Of a stretch of DNA of 52,739 nt, positions 19,163 through 31,300 are shown one piece after another. The position numbers and the translations under genes were made by a program. The first letter of the stretch is position 1; each line of letters begins with the position of its first letter. Origin of the DNA: a virus (lineage: Duplodnaviria > Caudoviricetes); the IMG/VR virus record IMGVR_UViG_3300032125_000006, positions 1-52,739 of that record, one strand, 5' to 3'. Under the pieces are notes generated by a model. It had not been told where the DNA came from. It saw nothing but the letters and a program-made list of their open reading frames with translations, and ran no database searches.

Positions 19163-19579
19163 ATGCCACGACCCAATGAAGCGGCTTTGCATCAGACAGC
19201 TAAGCTGATCCCTCCCGAAGATATTGACTCCGCGTGGCCCGGTCTATCCGTCGGCTTTCAGGCGGTAAAGGCCAAAGCAGGGCTGGACGACCTCAACCTT
19301 ATCCGTCAAAGGCTCATCGCCCGGCAAGCCTTTTTGTTTGTTGCGCCCAACGGTTTTTTTATCCTCCTTCCCATTCATGCAACTTGCCCCGCTGTTCTGG
19401 TTTGGGTGGCATACGGCCTTGGAGGTGGGCAGATAAAAAAGTACGTCCCTATTATTGAGGCTTTGGCGCTTGAGATAGGCGCCGAACAGATCGAGATCGA
19501 GTCGCCGAGGCGAGGGTATCAGAGGATTTTCCATGACTGGCAAAAACTTGGCGACAGGTACATCAGGAGGCTTTCATGA
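19163..19579 (+). CDS. GNAT-fold-like protein at the head of the ejection operon
   Basis: VLVWVAYG..IEALALEIGAEQIEIESPRRGYQR resembles GNAT-like podovirus proteins. Confidence 0.5.
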   Translation: MPRPNEAALHQTAKLIPPEDIDSAWPGLSVGFQAVKAKAGLDDLNLIRQRLIARQAFLFVAPNGFFILLPIHATCPAVLVWVAYGLGGGQIKKYVPIIEALALEIGAEQIEIESPRRGYQRIFHDWQKLGDRYIRRLS

Positions 19580-20259
19580 GCGGCGGCGGCGGAGATAACA
19601 CAGTAAAGGATACCCCGGAGCAGAAATATCTGGCGCAAGTAGCCGCTGAAAAGTGGAACTTTGCGCAGGATAAGCTGGCGCCGCTTGAAGATGATTACAT
19701 GGCCAGCGTTGAGCAAATGGACTCCGCGGGCAATATGTCCTATATCCGGGGTCGCACCATGCAAGCGCAAACCCGCGCGCAAGGGGAGGCGCTGGGACAG
19801 ATGGAAGACGGTCTTGGCCGTGCGGGCATTAACCCGAACAGCGGGCGCTATCAGGGCGAGGTAGCCGGGCTCAGCGATGAGGTGGCCGCGTCCGGTGGCG
19901 AGGTTCTGGGCCGCGCAGAGTTTGAGCAGGACAGCCAGAAGATCATGGGCCTGCAGAACATTACCGCTATTGGTCAGGGGGAGTCAGGGCAGGCTCAGGA
20001 CGGCTTATCGCGACTGGCGCAAGAGTCGTCCAGTAACGCCATCAGCAATGCGCGGAACGCCTTTAGCCGGCGCAGCGCCAACCTACAGTTGCTGGGAAAT
20101 GTGGCCGGAGCAGGCACACGCTACGGAATGGAGGCGTCAGCACCAGCGCCCACTCCTGGACAGTACGGCATGAGCACCGATTTCAGCACCCAGCCCAATA
20201 ACTTCGGCATGGATAATGCCAGCGGCGGCTTCTACAACTTCGCAAACGGGGGCGGCTGA
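19576..20259 (+). CDS. Putative internal virion/ejection protein
   Basis: MSGGGG start; Ala/Gly/Gln-rich and helical. Confidence 0.6.
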   Translation: MSGGGGDNTVKDTPEQKYLAQVAAEKWNFAQDKLAPLEDDYMASVEQMDSAGNMSYIRGRTMQAQTRAQGEALGQMEDGLGRAGINPNSGRYQGEVAGLSDEVAASGGEVLGRAEFEQDSQKIMGLQNITAIGQGESGQAQDGLSRLAQESSSNAISNARNAFSRRSANLQLLGNVAGAGTRYGMEASAPAPTPGQYGMSTDFSTQPNNFGMDNASGGFYNFANGGG

Positions 20260-20260
20260 T

Positions 20261-20725
20261 ATGCTCACAAACTTCTGGAATGGCGAGCCGGCCTCCACCA
20301 CGCCCAACTCCATCGACCCAAATCAAGCCTTCGCGGGCGACCAGGGCGCATCCCAATTGCTGGGGCAACTTAACCGCGCTCAATGGGAAGATTGGAAGCA
20401 ACGCTTTGCGCCTTACGTGGAACAGCTGGCCGGTGAAGCAACCGACCCGAACGCCGCCACCAACGCCGCGACTCAAGCCAAGGATGCGGTGGGCCTGGCG
20501 TTTGATTCTGCCGCGACCATCAACAATCAGAGCCGCGAGAAATACGGCATTGCGCTGAATCCCGCGCAACAGCAAGCGCAAGAGCGCATGAACGTCACAG
20601 GCCGTACCGCTGCTATGGCGAGCGCCGGCAACGAGGCCCGCATATCCGCACTGGATCGCCAGCAATCCATCCTGGCGGGCGGCATGGGGCTGTCCAACAT
20701 ACCTGACCGAGTGATGAACCAATGA
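20261..20725 (+). CDS. Putative internal virion/ejection protein
   Basis: Ala/Gln-rich; RAQWEDWKQRFAP; in operon. Confidence 0.55.
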   Translation: MLTNFWNGEPASTTPNSIDPNQAFAGDQGASQLLGQLNRAQWEDWKQRFAPYVEQLAGEATDPNAATNAATQAKDAVGLAFDSAATINNQSREKYGIALNPAQQQAQERMNVTGRTAAMASAGNEARISALDRQQSILAGGMGLSNIPDRVMNQ

Positions 20726-20982
20726 GCTACGGATTAATGGGTTTACGCCGCGATATGGAATCGGACGCCCTGCAGGGAATCGGCGATCTGGCCGGTCAGC
20801 AAGCGGAGCAAAAGCGATCAAACGACGCCATCAAGGCTGCAGAGAAATCGCAGCAAATGAGCGCGGTCGGCGCCGGTGCAGCCGTTGGCATGATGGCTGG
20901 CGCGCAAGCCGGCTCCGTAGGTGGCCCCGTGGGCGCCGTCATTGGCGCAGGCGTCGGCCTTGTCGCTTCATTTATTTTTTAA
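20722..20982 (+). CDS. Glycine-zipper membrane-inserting ejection protein
   Basis: GAGAAVGMMAGAQAGSVGGPVGAVIGAGVGLVA. Confidence 0.6.
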   Translation: MSYGLMGLRRDMESDALQGIGDLAGQQAEQKRSNDAIKAAEKSQQMSAVGAGAAVGMMAGAQAGSVGGPVGAVIGAGVGLVASFIF

Positions 20983-20991
20983 GGAGCCATC

Positions 20992-22335
20992 ATGGCGCTG
21001 GACACTCGCGGACTCGCATCGGGATTTGGGCAGGGCTTTGGCCTTGCGGATCAATATTACGCACGGCAACACCGGCAAGGCTTGCAAGATCAGCAGAACG
21101 AGCGGGCTGACAAACAGAGCGAGCGGGCAGATGAAAGCTTTGATATGCAGAAGCAGCAGTTTGCCGGGCAGCAGGAAGACGCTCAGCGCAACCGCAGCCA
21201 GGAGCAGGCCAAGTTCACCTTGGGCAAAGTGGCTCAGGGCGTGGATCTGTCGCAGGATGAAATGACCTTCCTGAAAGAAAACCCTCAATACTGGCCGGCA
21301 CTCGATCCTGAAACTGATACCGCTATTGAGAATGCCCAGCGCGTCATTGATCCGAACGACGAGCTGGGCGCCAACAGCCCCGAAGCCCTGTATTCGATGA
21401 ACCTGTTATTTGGCCATCGCGTGAACCGAGGCGAGGGCGGCAAAAAGCGCATCGCAGGAATGTACCCGGGGCAAAGCGAGGGCAGTGTTGCGCTGGACCT
21501 GGAAGTAGAAGGTCCGGACGGCAAAAAATACAACGCCCCAATGACTCGAAACCGGGGCGTTGCCGGGGCTGATGATGAGGTTCTGGAGACCCCCGTTGGC
21601 TCGATTGTGGATCAGGTTCAGGGCTATCGCATGTTGCGCAACGCCTTTCAAGGTCCGGAGGCCCAACAGAGTGCGGCGAGAGTGCTTGCGGCATTGCGCG
21701 GTGACCAAGGCAGTCAAACCAAAGGCATCAACATTAACGGCTATCTGGTCAACCCGGTAACCGGAGAACAGCGGGGCGACTACCGCACGGCGGATCAAAA
21801 AGCGGGCCGGTCAGCGAACAACCGACCCCCCGCCATTGTTCAAACGGCCGAATGGATGGTTCGGAGCGGTATTGCCGGAACTCTGGAGGAAGCTTATGCG
21901 CGGGAGCAGGAGGCTCGAAGCGATCCAGCACGGTTTGTTGCAAACTATGTCGATCAGGAGTTGAAGGCGCAGAAAGAAGCGTTCATTTACCCAGAGGATG
22001 AGGGCTACCTCACGACCGAGCAGATGCGCGAGAAAGCCATAGGCGTATTCCGGGCCATCCGGCAGAGCACAAGCGGATCAGCGCCGGCGCAGGAAGCGCC
22101 GATGGGTATTCAGGTGCCAGGTGCAACTGCCGAAGATTTGCCGCGGGATGGCAGCGCGATGAAGCAGGAAGACGGGAGTTATTCTGGCCGCATAAACCGC
22201 GACCCACAGCAAAGCGCTCCCGCGCAGGGCCAGGCGGATACCAGTCACGATGCTGCCCTCGATATACTTAGAAAAAACCCTGACCTCGCCCCGCAATTCA
22301 AAGAAAGATTTGGTTATCTACCGGAGGGTTTTTAA
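20992..22335 (+). CDS. Putative DNA-ejection protein
   Basis: GLASGFGQGFG start with a Gln-rich coil; C-terminal LRKNPDLAPQFKERFGYLP. Confidence 0.6.
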   Translation: MALDTRGLASGFGQGFGLADQYYARQHRQGLQDQQNERADKQSERADESFDMQKQQFAGQQEDAQRNRSQEQAKFTLGKVAQGVDLSQDEMTFLKENPQYWPALDPETDTAIENAQRVIDPNDELGANSPEALYSMNLLFGHRVNRGEGGKKRIAGMYPGQSEGSVALDLEVEGPDGKKYNAPMTRNRGVAGADDEVLETPVGSIVDQVQGYRMLRNAFQGPEAQQSAARVLAALRGDQGSQTKGININGYLVNPVTGEQRGDYRTADQKAGRSANNRPPAIVQTAEWMVRSGIAGTLEEAYAREQEARSDPARFVANYVDQELKAQKEAFIYPEDEGYLTTEQMREKAIGVFRAIRQSTSGSAPAQEAPMGIQVPGATAEDLPRDGSAMKQEDGSYSGRINRDPQQSAPAQGQADTSHDAALDILRKNPDLAPQFKERFGYLPEGF

Positions 22336-25300
22336 TGGCCAACGCCTTTGATCGTTTTGATTCGCCTGCCTCGGGTGGCCAGTCGTCCGCCAATCCGTTT
22401 GATGCGTTTGACGCGCAGCAGGATCAGCCGATACCGAGTGGCTTGCGTGAAGTTGACCGTCGCCTGCCTGCTAACAACGAAGGCGCCACCGGCCAAAGCA
22501 TTGCAGGCCCTCAGGTAGAAACCCTAACCCAAGAGCCAGAACAAGAGTCCGGTTCCATTTTTCAGGACGCTGCCGGCTTGTGGGGTATGGGCTCCGGCTC
22601 ATTGCTGGAAGGTGCGGGCTGGTTGTTCAACAGCGACGAACTTTCTCGCCTTGGCTCCGACGCAAAAGATTACTGGCAGAAAAAGCTATCACCCGAGCAG
22701 GTCGCCGCGAACAACAAAAAGTTTGTGAACGAGGATTGGAGCCTGGGCGAAGGCGCAACCGATATACGGACTTACTTTGGCCTGGGCGTTCAGTCGCTGC
22801 CGATGATGGTTCCGGGCATGGGCGCTGCCGGCCTGACCGCCAAAGCCGCGACCGCACTGGGCGCTGGGAAGAAGTTGGCCGCTGGGCTGGCCGCTGCAGC
22901 AGGCTCTTCCGGTGAAGGCGTGACCATTGGCGCCATGGTTGGCCAAGAGGTGGATCAGACCATTAGCGGAATGTCCGAAGCGGACAAGATGCAATCCCCT
23001 TACTATTCGGATCTGCGCAAGCTGTATGGAGAAGAAGAAGCCACCAGCCGACTGTCCACCATGGCCGCCAACCCTGCCGCACTCAAAGCGGGAACGGTAG
23101 GCGCCGCGCTGGGCATAGCGTTTAACAAATTCCTGGGTGATGCGCTGACCGGCCGACTGTCTGGCGGTCCCGTAGGTGAAGGCGCGAAGGGGCTTGTCAT
23201 TGAGGGCGGCACAGAAACCCTGCAATCTGGCATGGAATCCGACTCTAAGCAGCGGGCGCTTGAAAAATACGCCGCGCAAGAATATTCCTACACCGATCTG
23301 GTGAATGAAATGGTGACCGGTTTGGCTGCCGGCTCCACCATGGGCGCAGGCGTGGGCACTCTCGGCGGCTTGGCGGGCAGGCCGGGCGCGACAACCGAGG
23401 CGGGTGGAGAGGCTGACACGGCAGTACCTCCCATTATTCAAGACGAAGTTCAGGGTGAGGCGCCCGACCCGGCCCCGCCAACCCTGCAGCCAGATGCCCC
23501 CATTGGCGACAACGCACCGGTCAACGACTTTTCCGCTCGCCCCGACTGGGCAACCGATCAAACCAACGTGTTCCGTGACGGGGTTCAGCCAAGCGCTACC
23601 GTCGCTGGCAATCCTTTTGATGTGTTCGATCAGGCGCCAGTCTCTGCGCCGTCCAGCCAGGGCGCGCCTCAGAATGAGCAGACTGCCGAGCCAGCGCCAC
23701 CAATTCCTGCCGCATCCGATTCATTGACCGAAATTGGCACCGGCACGTATCGCGTTCCCGTCGATCAGATCCAGGTGGACCCGAAAGCCTACCAATTCCG
23801 CAGCCGCGTGAATGAGCAGGGTGTGGATAAGCGTCTTGAGGGCGTGAAGAAGTGGGACGACAACCGCGCCGGGGACATTCTACTGCACCGCCGCGAAGAC
23901 GGCTCCCTGTACGTCGCTGACGGCCATCACCGGTTAGACCTGGCCAAGCGTCTAGGTCAGGGCGAAGTCAACGCCCGTGTAGTTGATGAGGCGGACGGCG
24001 TGAGTGTACCCGATGCCCGACTGGCTGCCGCCACCAACAACATTGCGGACGGCAAAGCTGAAGCCCTCGACGCGGCTAAGGTGTTCCGTGACAGCAATAC
24101 ACCCGCCGACAAGGTGCGCGACAAATTCAATCTGCCCAACAATCAGGTAGTGCGGGACGGCGAAGCTCTGTCCAAATTGTCGGACAATGTATTCGGCATG
24201 GTCGCAGCCGGCCAGATGAGCGAAAAAGACGGCGCCACCGTGGGGACGGCTTTCAGTGAGCAATCACAGCAGGAGGCCGCGGCCAAAGCGTTCCAGAAAA
24301 TTGAACCGCAAACCGATTACCAGCGCCAATTGCTGGTTAACGAGATCCGGGCCGCCGAGTTTGCACCGTCCAGCGATAACCAGGGCGGGCTGTTTGGCGA
24401 GGACGCCCAAGAAATCAGTCTGATGCAGGACCGATTGAAGGTCTTGGACAATCTGCGCCAGCAACTCAACTCTGACAAGCGGCTGTTCAAGAGCCTAAAC
24501 ACTCACGCCGACCAAGCGACCAGCGCCGGCAATCAGATTGCCACCGAAGCCAACGAGAGCATTACCGAGCAGAGCGCTCGCAGTCTGGATCTTATTGGCC
24601 GTGTCACCACCACGCCAGCACTGAATGAAATGGTCAACCGTGCTGCGCGCCGGGTGTATGATGGCGAGAGCCGGGCCGCCGTGGTCAAGGATCTAAAACA
24701 GGAGCTATTGAGCTATGAACGAGGAACATATGGGCCGGATAGCCGACGAGATGGCAAAACACAGGGCGAGCAACCGGCTGCTAAACCAAGGCAAGAGCCG
24801 AGAACAAGTCAACCAGTACCTAAGCCAGACACCACTGGAGCAGGTCAAGGCGGACAACCTGAAATCGGACAGCCAGAAGCAGCCCCCGACCTCGACCTAA
24901 CCACCCAGACCGAAGCCGAGCTGGCCAAGCAAGCCGCAGACCGCGATGCTGCCGAGAAGGCCGCCACGAAAGCCAAGCGTGACGCCGAGCAGAAAGACAA
25001 GGCCGATGCGCAGGCGGATGATTTTGTACTGTCTGGCAGTGACCGGCAGGCGGATATGGCCGAGGCGCGCGGGCAGGAGAGCTTGCTGGATCAGGCGGAA
25101 GTAACGCCTCAAGCCAAGGCCGACCAAAAGCCAGCATGGAAGATGACCCGCGAGCAGTGGGTAGACCAAGAGATCCGCGCCAGCAAGTACGCCGAAGCCT
25201 ACCTTGAGGATTCAGTCGCCTACAAAACCAAGGCCGACCAGCTCAATGGCGAGTGGATGGATGCGCTGATGGACAAGGCCAGGGAGGGGCGTGTATCCAA

Positions 25301-28300
25301 AGAGTCGCTTGACGACATTGTTGGCAGGTACGGCATTGAAGGGCTTAACTCATTCCGCGGCGTCCACGAAAAAGGCATAGAAGGGTACGAAGCGCCAGAG
25401 CTTAGGCTATGGGATAAAACCTACCGCCAGGTACTTGCCTTGAAAAATCAGGGCAAGCTGGGCGCATTCACGACTAAAGAAAGCCTAAAGGACTTCCATC
25501 GCGGCGCAATCGAGAGAGCGATAGCTGACGGCCAGAGTGTGCCAGACCCAGTGCTGAAGGATTACCCAGGAATTTCCACGGCCCCAGAATCAACCACCCG
25601 TCAAGCACCGAAAGCCGCTGATATCAAGCCTTCCAAGCAGGCAGAGAGTAAGGCGCCGGCAGCGGATCAAGCAAATAAGGCCAAACCCGCGCAGCCTGAC
25701 CAGCCCATTGAAGATTTCGGCCAGAAGCTAGAAGGCGCCCGAAAGGATTACGCAAGCCGCATGGCCGACGCGAAAGAGAAAGACGTTGCCGGCGTACCGC
25801 TGTCCGAATCATGGCCTCAGCCTGACTACCAGAAGATGATTGATTCTGGCGCTGATCCGGTGGCCGTTGGGTTTGCCCGCGCAGCCCGCGACGAAGTTCC
25901 GTCAAAGCCAAGAGCGGCATGGAAGCTAAAAGGATGGGTGCGAAAAGTAGAGGCGCTGCGCACTTTCACAGAATCCATCATGGCCGGCGATGTCAGCATT
26001 GAGGATGTTCGCGCCAGCGCAAAAAGTGACCCCTATCACGCCGTCGATTCTGACGTGTTTAGCCGCGCCGAACTTTATGCAGCTGTAGGCCACAGTGCCA
26101 GCCTTAAAGGTTTGAGATTCCACTCTGCTCACTACACCATGTTTGATGGCGTAAAAGGCAACTTTAACAAATGGCTGGTTGAGCGCACCGCTAAAACAAC
26201 CTCATTCGGAAATATGCCGAAACGGTTGGTTGTTGCTGACACAAAAGACGAGGCGATTGCGAAGTTTAAAAAGCTGCAATCAACGCTGGCAGAAAAAGAT
26301 AATCCCTCCAAAAACACGCGCTTTGATATTTACTCCAACCGCCACGACAAAACCGACGTGTTCATAGGCAAGAAAATTGGCAGCAACGTGGTGCGGATTA
26401 AAGAGGGCTTTACGAATGTAAAAGATGCGCGGGTGTATCTGGCCGAAAACCAAGCCGCGCTCGATGCTGCGCTGGAAAAGATGAAAAGCATCCCTGCCCA
26501 CCGAAAGTCCAGCAACTCACCAAGGGTAGGCGCGGATCACCGCAACGGCGGCGACGTGACACCGGAAGCCTTTGGCGAAACCTTTGGCTTCCGTGGCGTC
26601 CAGTTCGGCAATTACGTGGAGCAGGGCCGGCGCCAAACCGACTTGAATCAGGCTTACGATTCGCTGATGGATCTGGCCGGCGTGATTGGTGTTCCCGCAA
26701 AAGCGATTTCACTGAACGGCGAACTTGGGCTGGCGTTCGGCGCCCGAGGAAAAGGTGGCAAACGCCCTGCGGCCGCACATTATGAGCCCGGGCAGATTGT
26801 CATTAACCTGACCAAAAATAGCGGCGCCGGAAGTCTGGCGCATGAGTGGTGGCATTCGCTGGACAACTATTTTGGCCGTGAGCGAGGGGCTGGAAGCAGC
26901 ACACGCTTTGCCACTGACGGTATGCCCGCCGACTCTATCCGCCCGGAAATGGCAGAGGCGTTTAAGAAGATCCGCCAAACCGTTAACCGCTCAAAGCTCA
27001 AGCAGCGCAGCCAGTCGCTGGACAAAGTGCGCACGAAAGCCTACTGGTCAACCGACATTGAAATGACGGCTCGATCCTTTGAGAGCTACGTGATCGAAAA
27101 ACTGAAAGACCAGAACGCCAGTAACGACTATCTGGCCAACATTGTTTCCGAGGAATACTGGAAGGCGTCAGAAGCCCTCGGCATGGAAGACAGCGACAGT
27201 TACCCGTACCCCGAAGCCGCCGAGATCCCAGAAATCCGCACCGCCTACGATGCGTTCTTTGAGGTCGTGGAAAGCAAAGAAGCCGACGATGGCAGCGTGG
27301 CGATGTTCTCCCGCGAAGGCGAGTTCCGCCGCTCCCCAACCCAAGCCACCCCCAACCTAACCACCACCCAGGCCGAAACCATCACCAGCGGCCTCATGGA
27401 AGGCTGGGAAGGCAAGCCCGACGTTATCATTACCGACAGTCTCGCCCAATTCCCGCAGAAGCTGCGCGAAGCCATACGCAAGGCCGGCGCAGAGAGCGAT
27501 ATGCGCGGCGTCTTCTTCGATGGCAAGGTTTACATCCTGGCTTCACGCATTCCGTCACAGGCGGCACTGGAAGAGGTTGTATTGCATGAGGTAGTCGGCC
27601 ACTACGGCTTGCGCACCATGATGGGCGCCGACCTGAAGCCGCTGCTGAATCAGGTGTACTTGAGCTTTGCCAAATCCGCCGAAGCCAAGAAGATCATCCG
27701 CAACTACTTCCCGAACGGCGACTTCAGTGCGAGCAACAGCAATCACCGTCTGACCGTGGCCGAAGAACTGTTGGCGCACCTGGCTGAAACCGGCAAGCAC
27801 CAGAAACTGTGGAATAAGATCGTCGCCGCCGTGCGCGAAGGGCTCAGAAAGCTTGGCTTCACGCTGCAAATGACGGAAGCTGACTTGCTTGGCATTCTGG
27901 CAGGAGCGCAAAAGACCGTTCAAGATGGCGGTATTTCCAGAGTGCCGAGCCAAGCCGCGGCAATGAGTCGAGCCGGCCGATCTGGAAGCGACCGCGCAGT
28001 CTGGCCTGATAATTTCCCGAAAGTCCAATTCGCAGCACCGTTAGGCTCTGCAGATAAGCACCCCCGATATCAGGCAGCAAAGTCTGGCGACGTTGAGGCG
28101 GCTCGGGAGTTGGTTAATGACCTTGTGAATGAGGCAGCCATTGATCGAGTGCGCAAGGTCATTGGTGCGCGATCGCCTATTGTGGTCTCTGCTTTTGCCG
28201 AAGAGGCGACCGGGCGCAACATGATCCCGGTGGCTTATGCGGCGAAGATTGCAAAGGCTCTGAGCCTAACCGTAGACCAAGGCATCATCCAAAGCACCCG

Positions 28301-31300
28301 CGTCAAGCGAACTGGTGAGGGCTCCGATTACCGGTTGGCCAATCATGCCGTTTTTGAAGGCGATGTTGCGAGCGGTCAGGATTACCTGATCGTTGACGAT
28401 ACCTTGACCATGGGTGGAACGCTTGCCAGCCTACGAGGCCATATTGAGGCGAATGGCGGGCGCGTTATTGGCGCAACCACACTGACCGGCTTTGGCAGCG
28501 ATGGTCAACTTGCGCTTTCTGACAAAATGCGTCAGGATTTGTGGCGCAAACACGGAGAACCCCTGAATGAATACCTCCAAGAAGAATTCGGCTACGACAT
28601 CGACTCGCTCACCCAAGGCGAAGCCGGCCACTTCCGCAAAGCTGCATCACTTGACGCCATCCGAGAAAGAATCAATGCGGCAAGAATTGAAAGTGGCAAT
28701 TACTCGCCTGATGGCGTAACTCCTTCTAGTTTCAGCCGCTCCAGCCAAACCGATACCGAAGCCTTCCAGAAATGGTTTGGCGATAGCAAAATAGTAGACG
28801 AGAACGGTGAGCCCCTAACGGTCTACCACGGCACGAATGCCACGTTTACCGAGTTCAGTCGCGACCAGCAAGGCAGCAATACCGCCTGGGAAAACACCAA
28901 CCTTGGCTTTTACTTCATTGCCGATCGTAATCTTGCGCAAGAGTTTGCCAACGAGTCGGGCGGCGATACCGTCATGGACGCCTACCTGTCCATTCAGAAG
29001 CCGCTGCGACTGACCATGACAGACCTGTTCAGCAATGAGTCACAGGCCAGCACCATCTATGAGGCCATGACTGGCGAACGCCTAAGCCCCGCTGACGCGC
29101 TCGACGCCTTGAATGACGAAATTGGCCTGGGCGATCTGGGCGAAGTTATGAACTCGCTGGCAACCGATGAAGCAAAAGCGGTTATTGAAGCTGCCGGATA
29201 CGACGGCGTAGTGTCGGAGTACGGCGATGGAAACCTGGAGTACGTCGCCTTTAATGCCAATCAAATCAAATCCGCCACCGAAAACAACGGCAACTTTGAT
29301 TCCGACAGCGCCGACATTCGGTTTAGTCGGGCGGGTGATGGGCCACCGAGAACCATCTACGACGAAGCATTCGACTCGTTGGGCGACAAGGATAAAACCG
29401 TTTTTGAGAAGGCCAAGAAGCTGCTGCGGCGCGAGATGTTCCCGGGCGGCTTGCTGCCAGAATCGGTATTCAAGGCCAAAATGGAACGCGACAACCAAAT
29501 CAACAGTTCAGGATTTGATATATCTAACCGGCTTGGTCACTTTGATATCGCAATCGAAGAGGCTTATGGCAAGCCGTTCAACGAGCTGGAGCAAAGTGAG
29601 GTTAAGAAAATAAACCAAGCACTGGGAGGCGCAGACGTTTTCCTGACCCTGCCCGAGCCGGTGAGAATTGAACTGCACAAGATGCGGCTGGTGATTAAGG
29701 GTTTGTCGCGGGAATACGCCGCGCACTTACGCGCAGAAGCTGTGGAGTTGCAAAGGCAGGGCGCAGACGCTGCCGCCCAGGCCAAGATTCAATTGCTTGC
29801 AACTATCATTGTCAACCTTGACACCTACGTTCACCGCTCCTACCGGGCATTTGATGACCCGAAATGGCCGCGTAAGGTTTCCCGCGAGGTATACGACAAT
29901 GCAGCCCGCTATCTGGAGCAAAGGTATACCGAAGAATCAAACATGACCCAGGCAGAAATTCAGGATCAGGTATCGAAAACGATGGAGTTGATACTGGAAG
30001 AAGGAACCGCGTTCGACAGCATTGAGGGCTTCATTAAGGAATCCAAACTTGGCGCCAAAGACCTGGGCATATTGCAACGTCGCAAGCAAATAGCGCCAGA
30101 GATCCGCGCACTGCTGGGTGAGTACACAGACCCGAAAATAAATTTCACCAAATCCGTCACCAAGATGTCGCGCCTTGTGATGAACCAGAAGTTTCTGGAC
30201 AAAGTGAGAGAGCTTGGCTTGGCTGAAGGGTTTCTGTTTGAGAAAGAAAACCGACAGCTTAACGCCACACGCCAGATCGCCGCTGATGCCTCAGAGGTCT
30301 ACGCCCCGCTGAATGGGCTCTACACGTTCCCAGAGGTAGAGCAGGCCTTCATTGATGTGCTGGGCAAGGAACAGATGGCCGACTGGTTCCGAACCATCAT
30401 TCGGTATAATGGCATGGTGAAATACGGGAAGACTGTGCTGAGCCCAACCACGGCTGCGCGGAACTGGATGAGCGCGTCCTTCTTTGCTATGGCGAACGGC
30501 CACTTTGATTTCACGCAAATGTCGAAATCAGTCAGATCCATCCGCGAATACTTCACCTACGGCGAAGGCCAGGACGGGTATCTGCGCAAGATGAAAGAGT
30601 TGGGTGTGATTTACGACACCCCTTATGCGGGCGAAATGATGGATTTGCTGGCCGATTCTCAGCTGGAGAGTGACCTGTTTAGCAAAAAGCCATTCACCGG
30701 CTTGCGAAAGGCAAACGAGATAGCGCAGAAGTTCTACCAGTACGGTGATGATTTCTGGAAGATCATGGGCTTTGAAAACGAGAAGGCCTTGCTAATGAAG
30801 CACAAGGGGCTGACAGAGGCTCAGGCCGAGGTTGAAGCTGCCGAGCGGATACGTAACACCTATCCCACCTACTCAATGACAGGCCGGTTCGTGCGCCGGC
30901 TGCGGAGATTCCCGCTGGCTGGTACCTTTGTATCGTTCCCGGCTGAAATCATCCGCACCAGTTACCACATCCTTCGATACGTGAAGTTGGACCTTCAGCA
31001 AACGCCCACCCTTGGCTATCGCAAGGTAGTCGGCCTGGCAATAGCTTCCGGCATGATTCACGCACTGCAAACCGTGGCTATGTCCATGGCTGGGATGGAT
31101 GACGATGAGGAAGAGGCTTTCCGCGACTTAGCGGCGCCGTGGTCAAAGAACTCAAACCTGCTGCCACTTGGTCGTAATGAAAAGGGCCAAATGCGCATAA
31201 TTGATATGTCATTTCTTGATCCGTACAACTATTTCAAGCGACCTATTAACGCGCTCCTGCGGGACCAGCCCCTGGACGACGCTATAAAAAGCGCTGCCGT

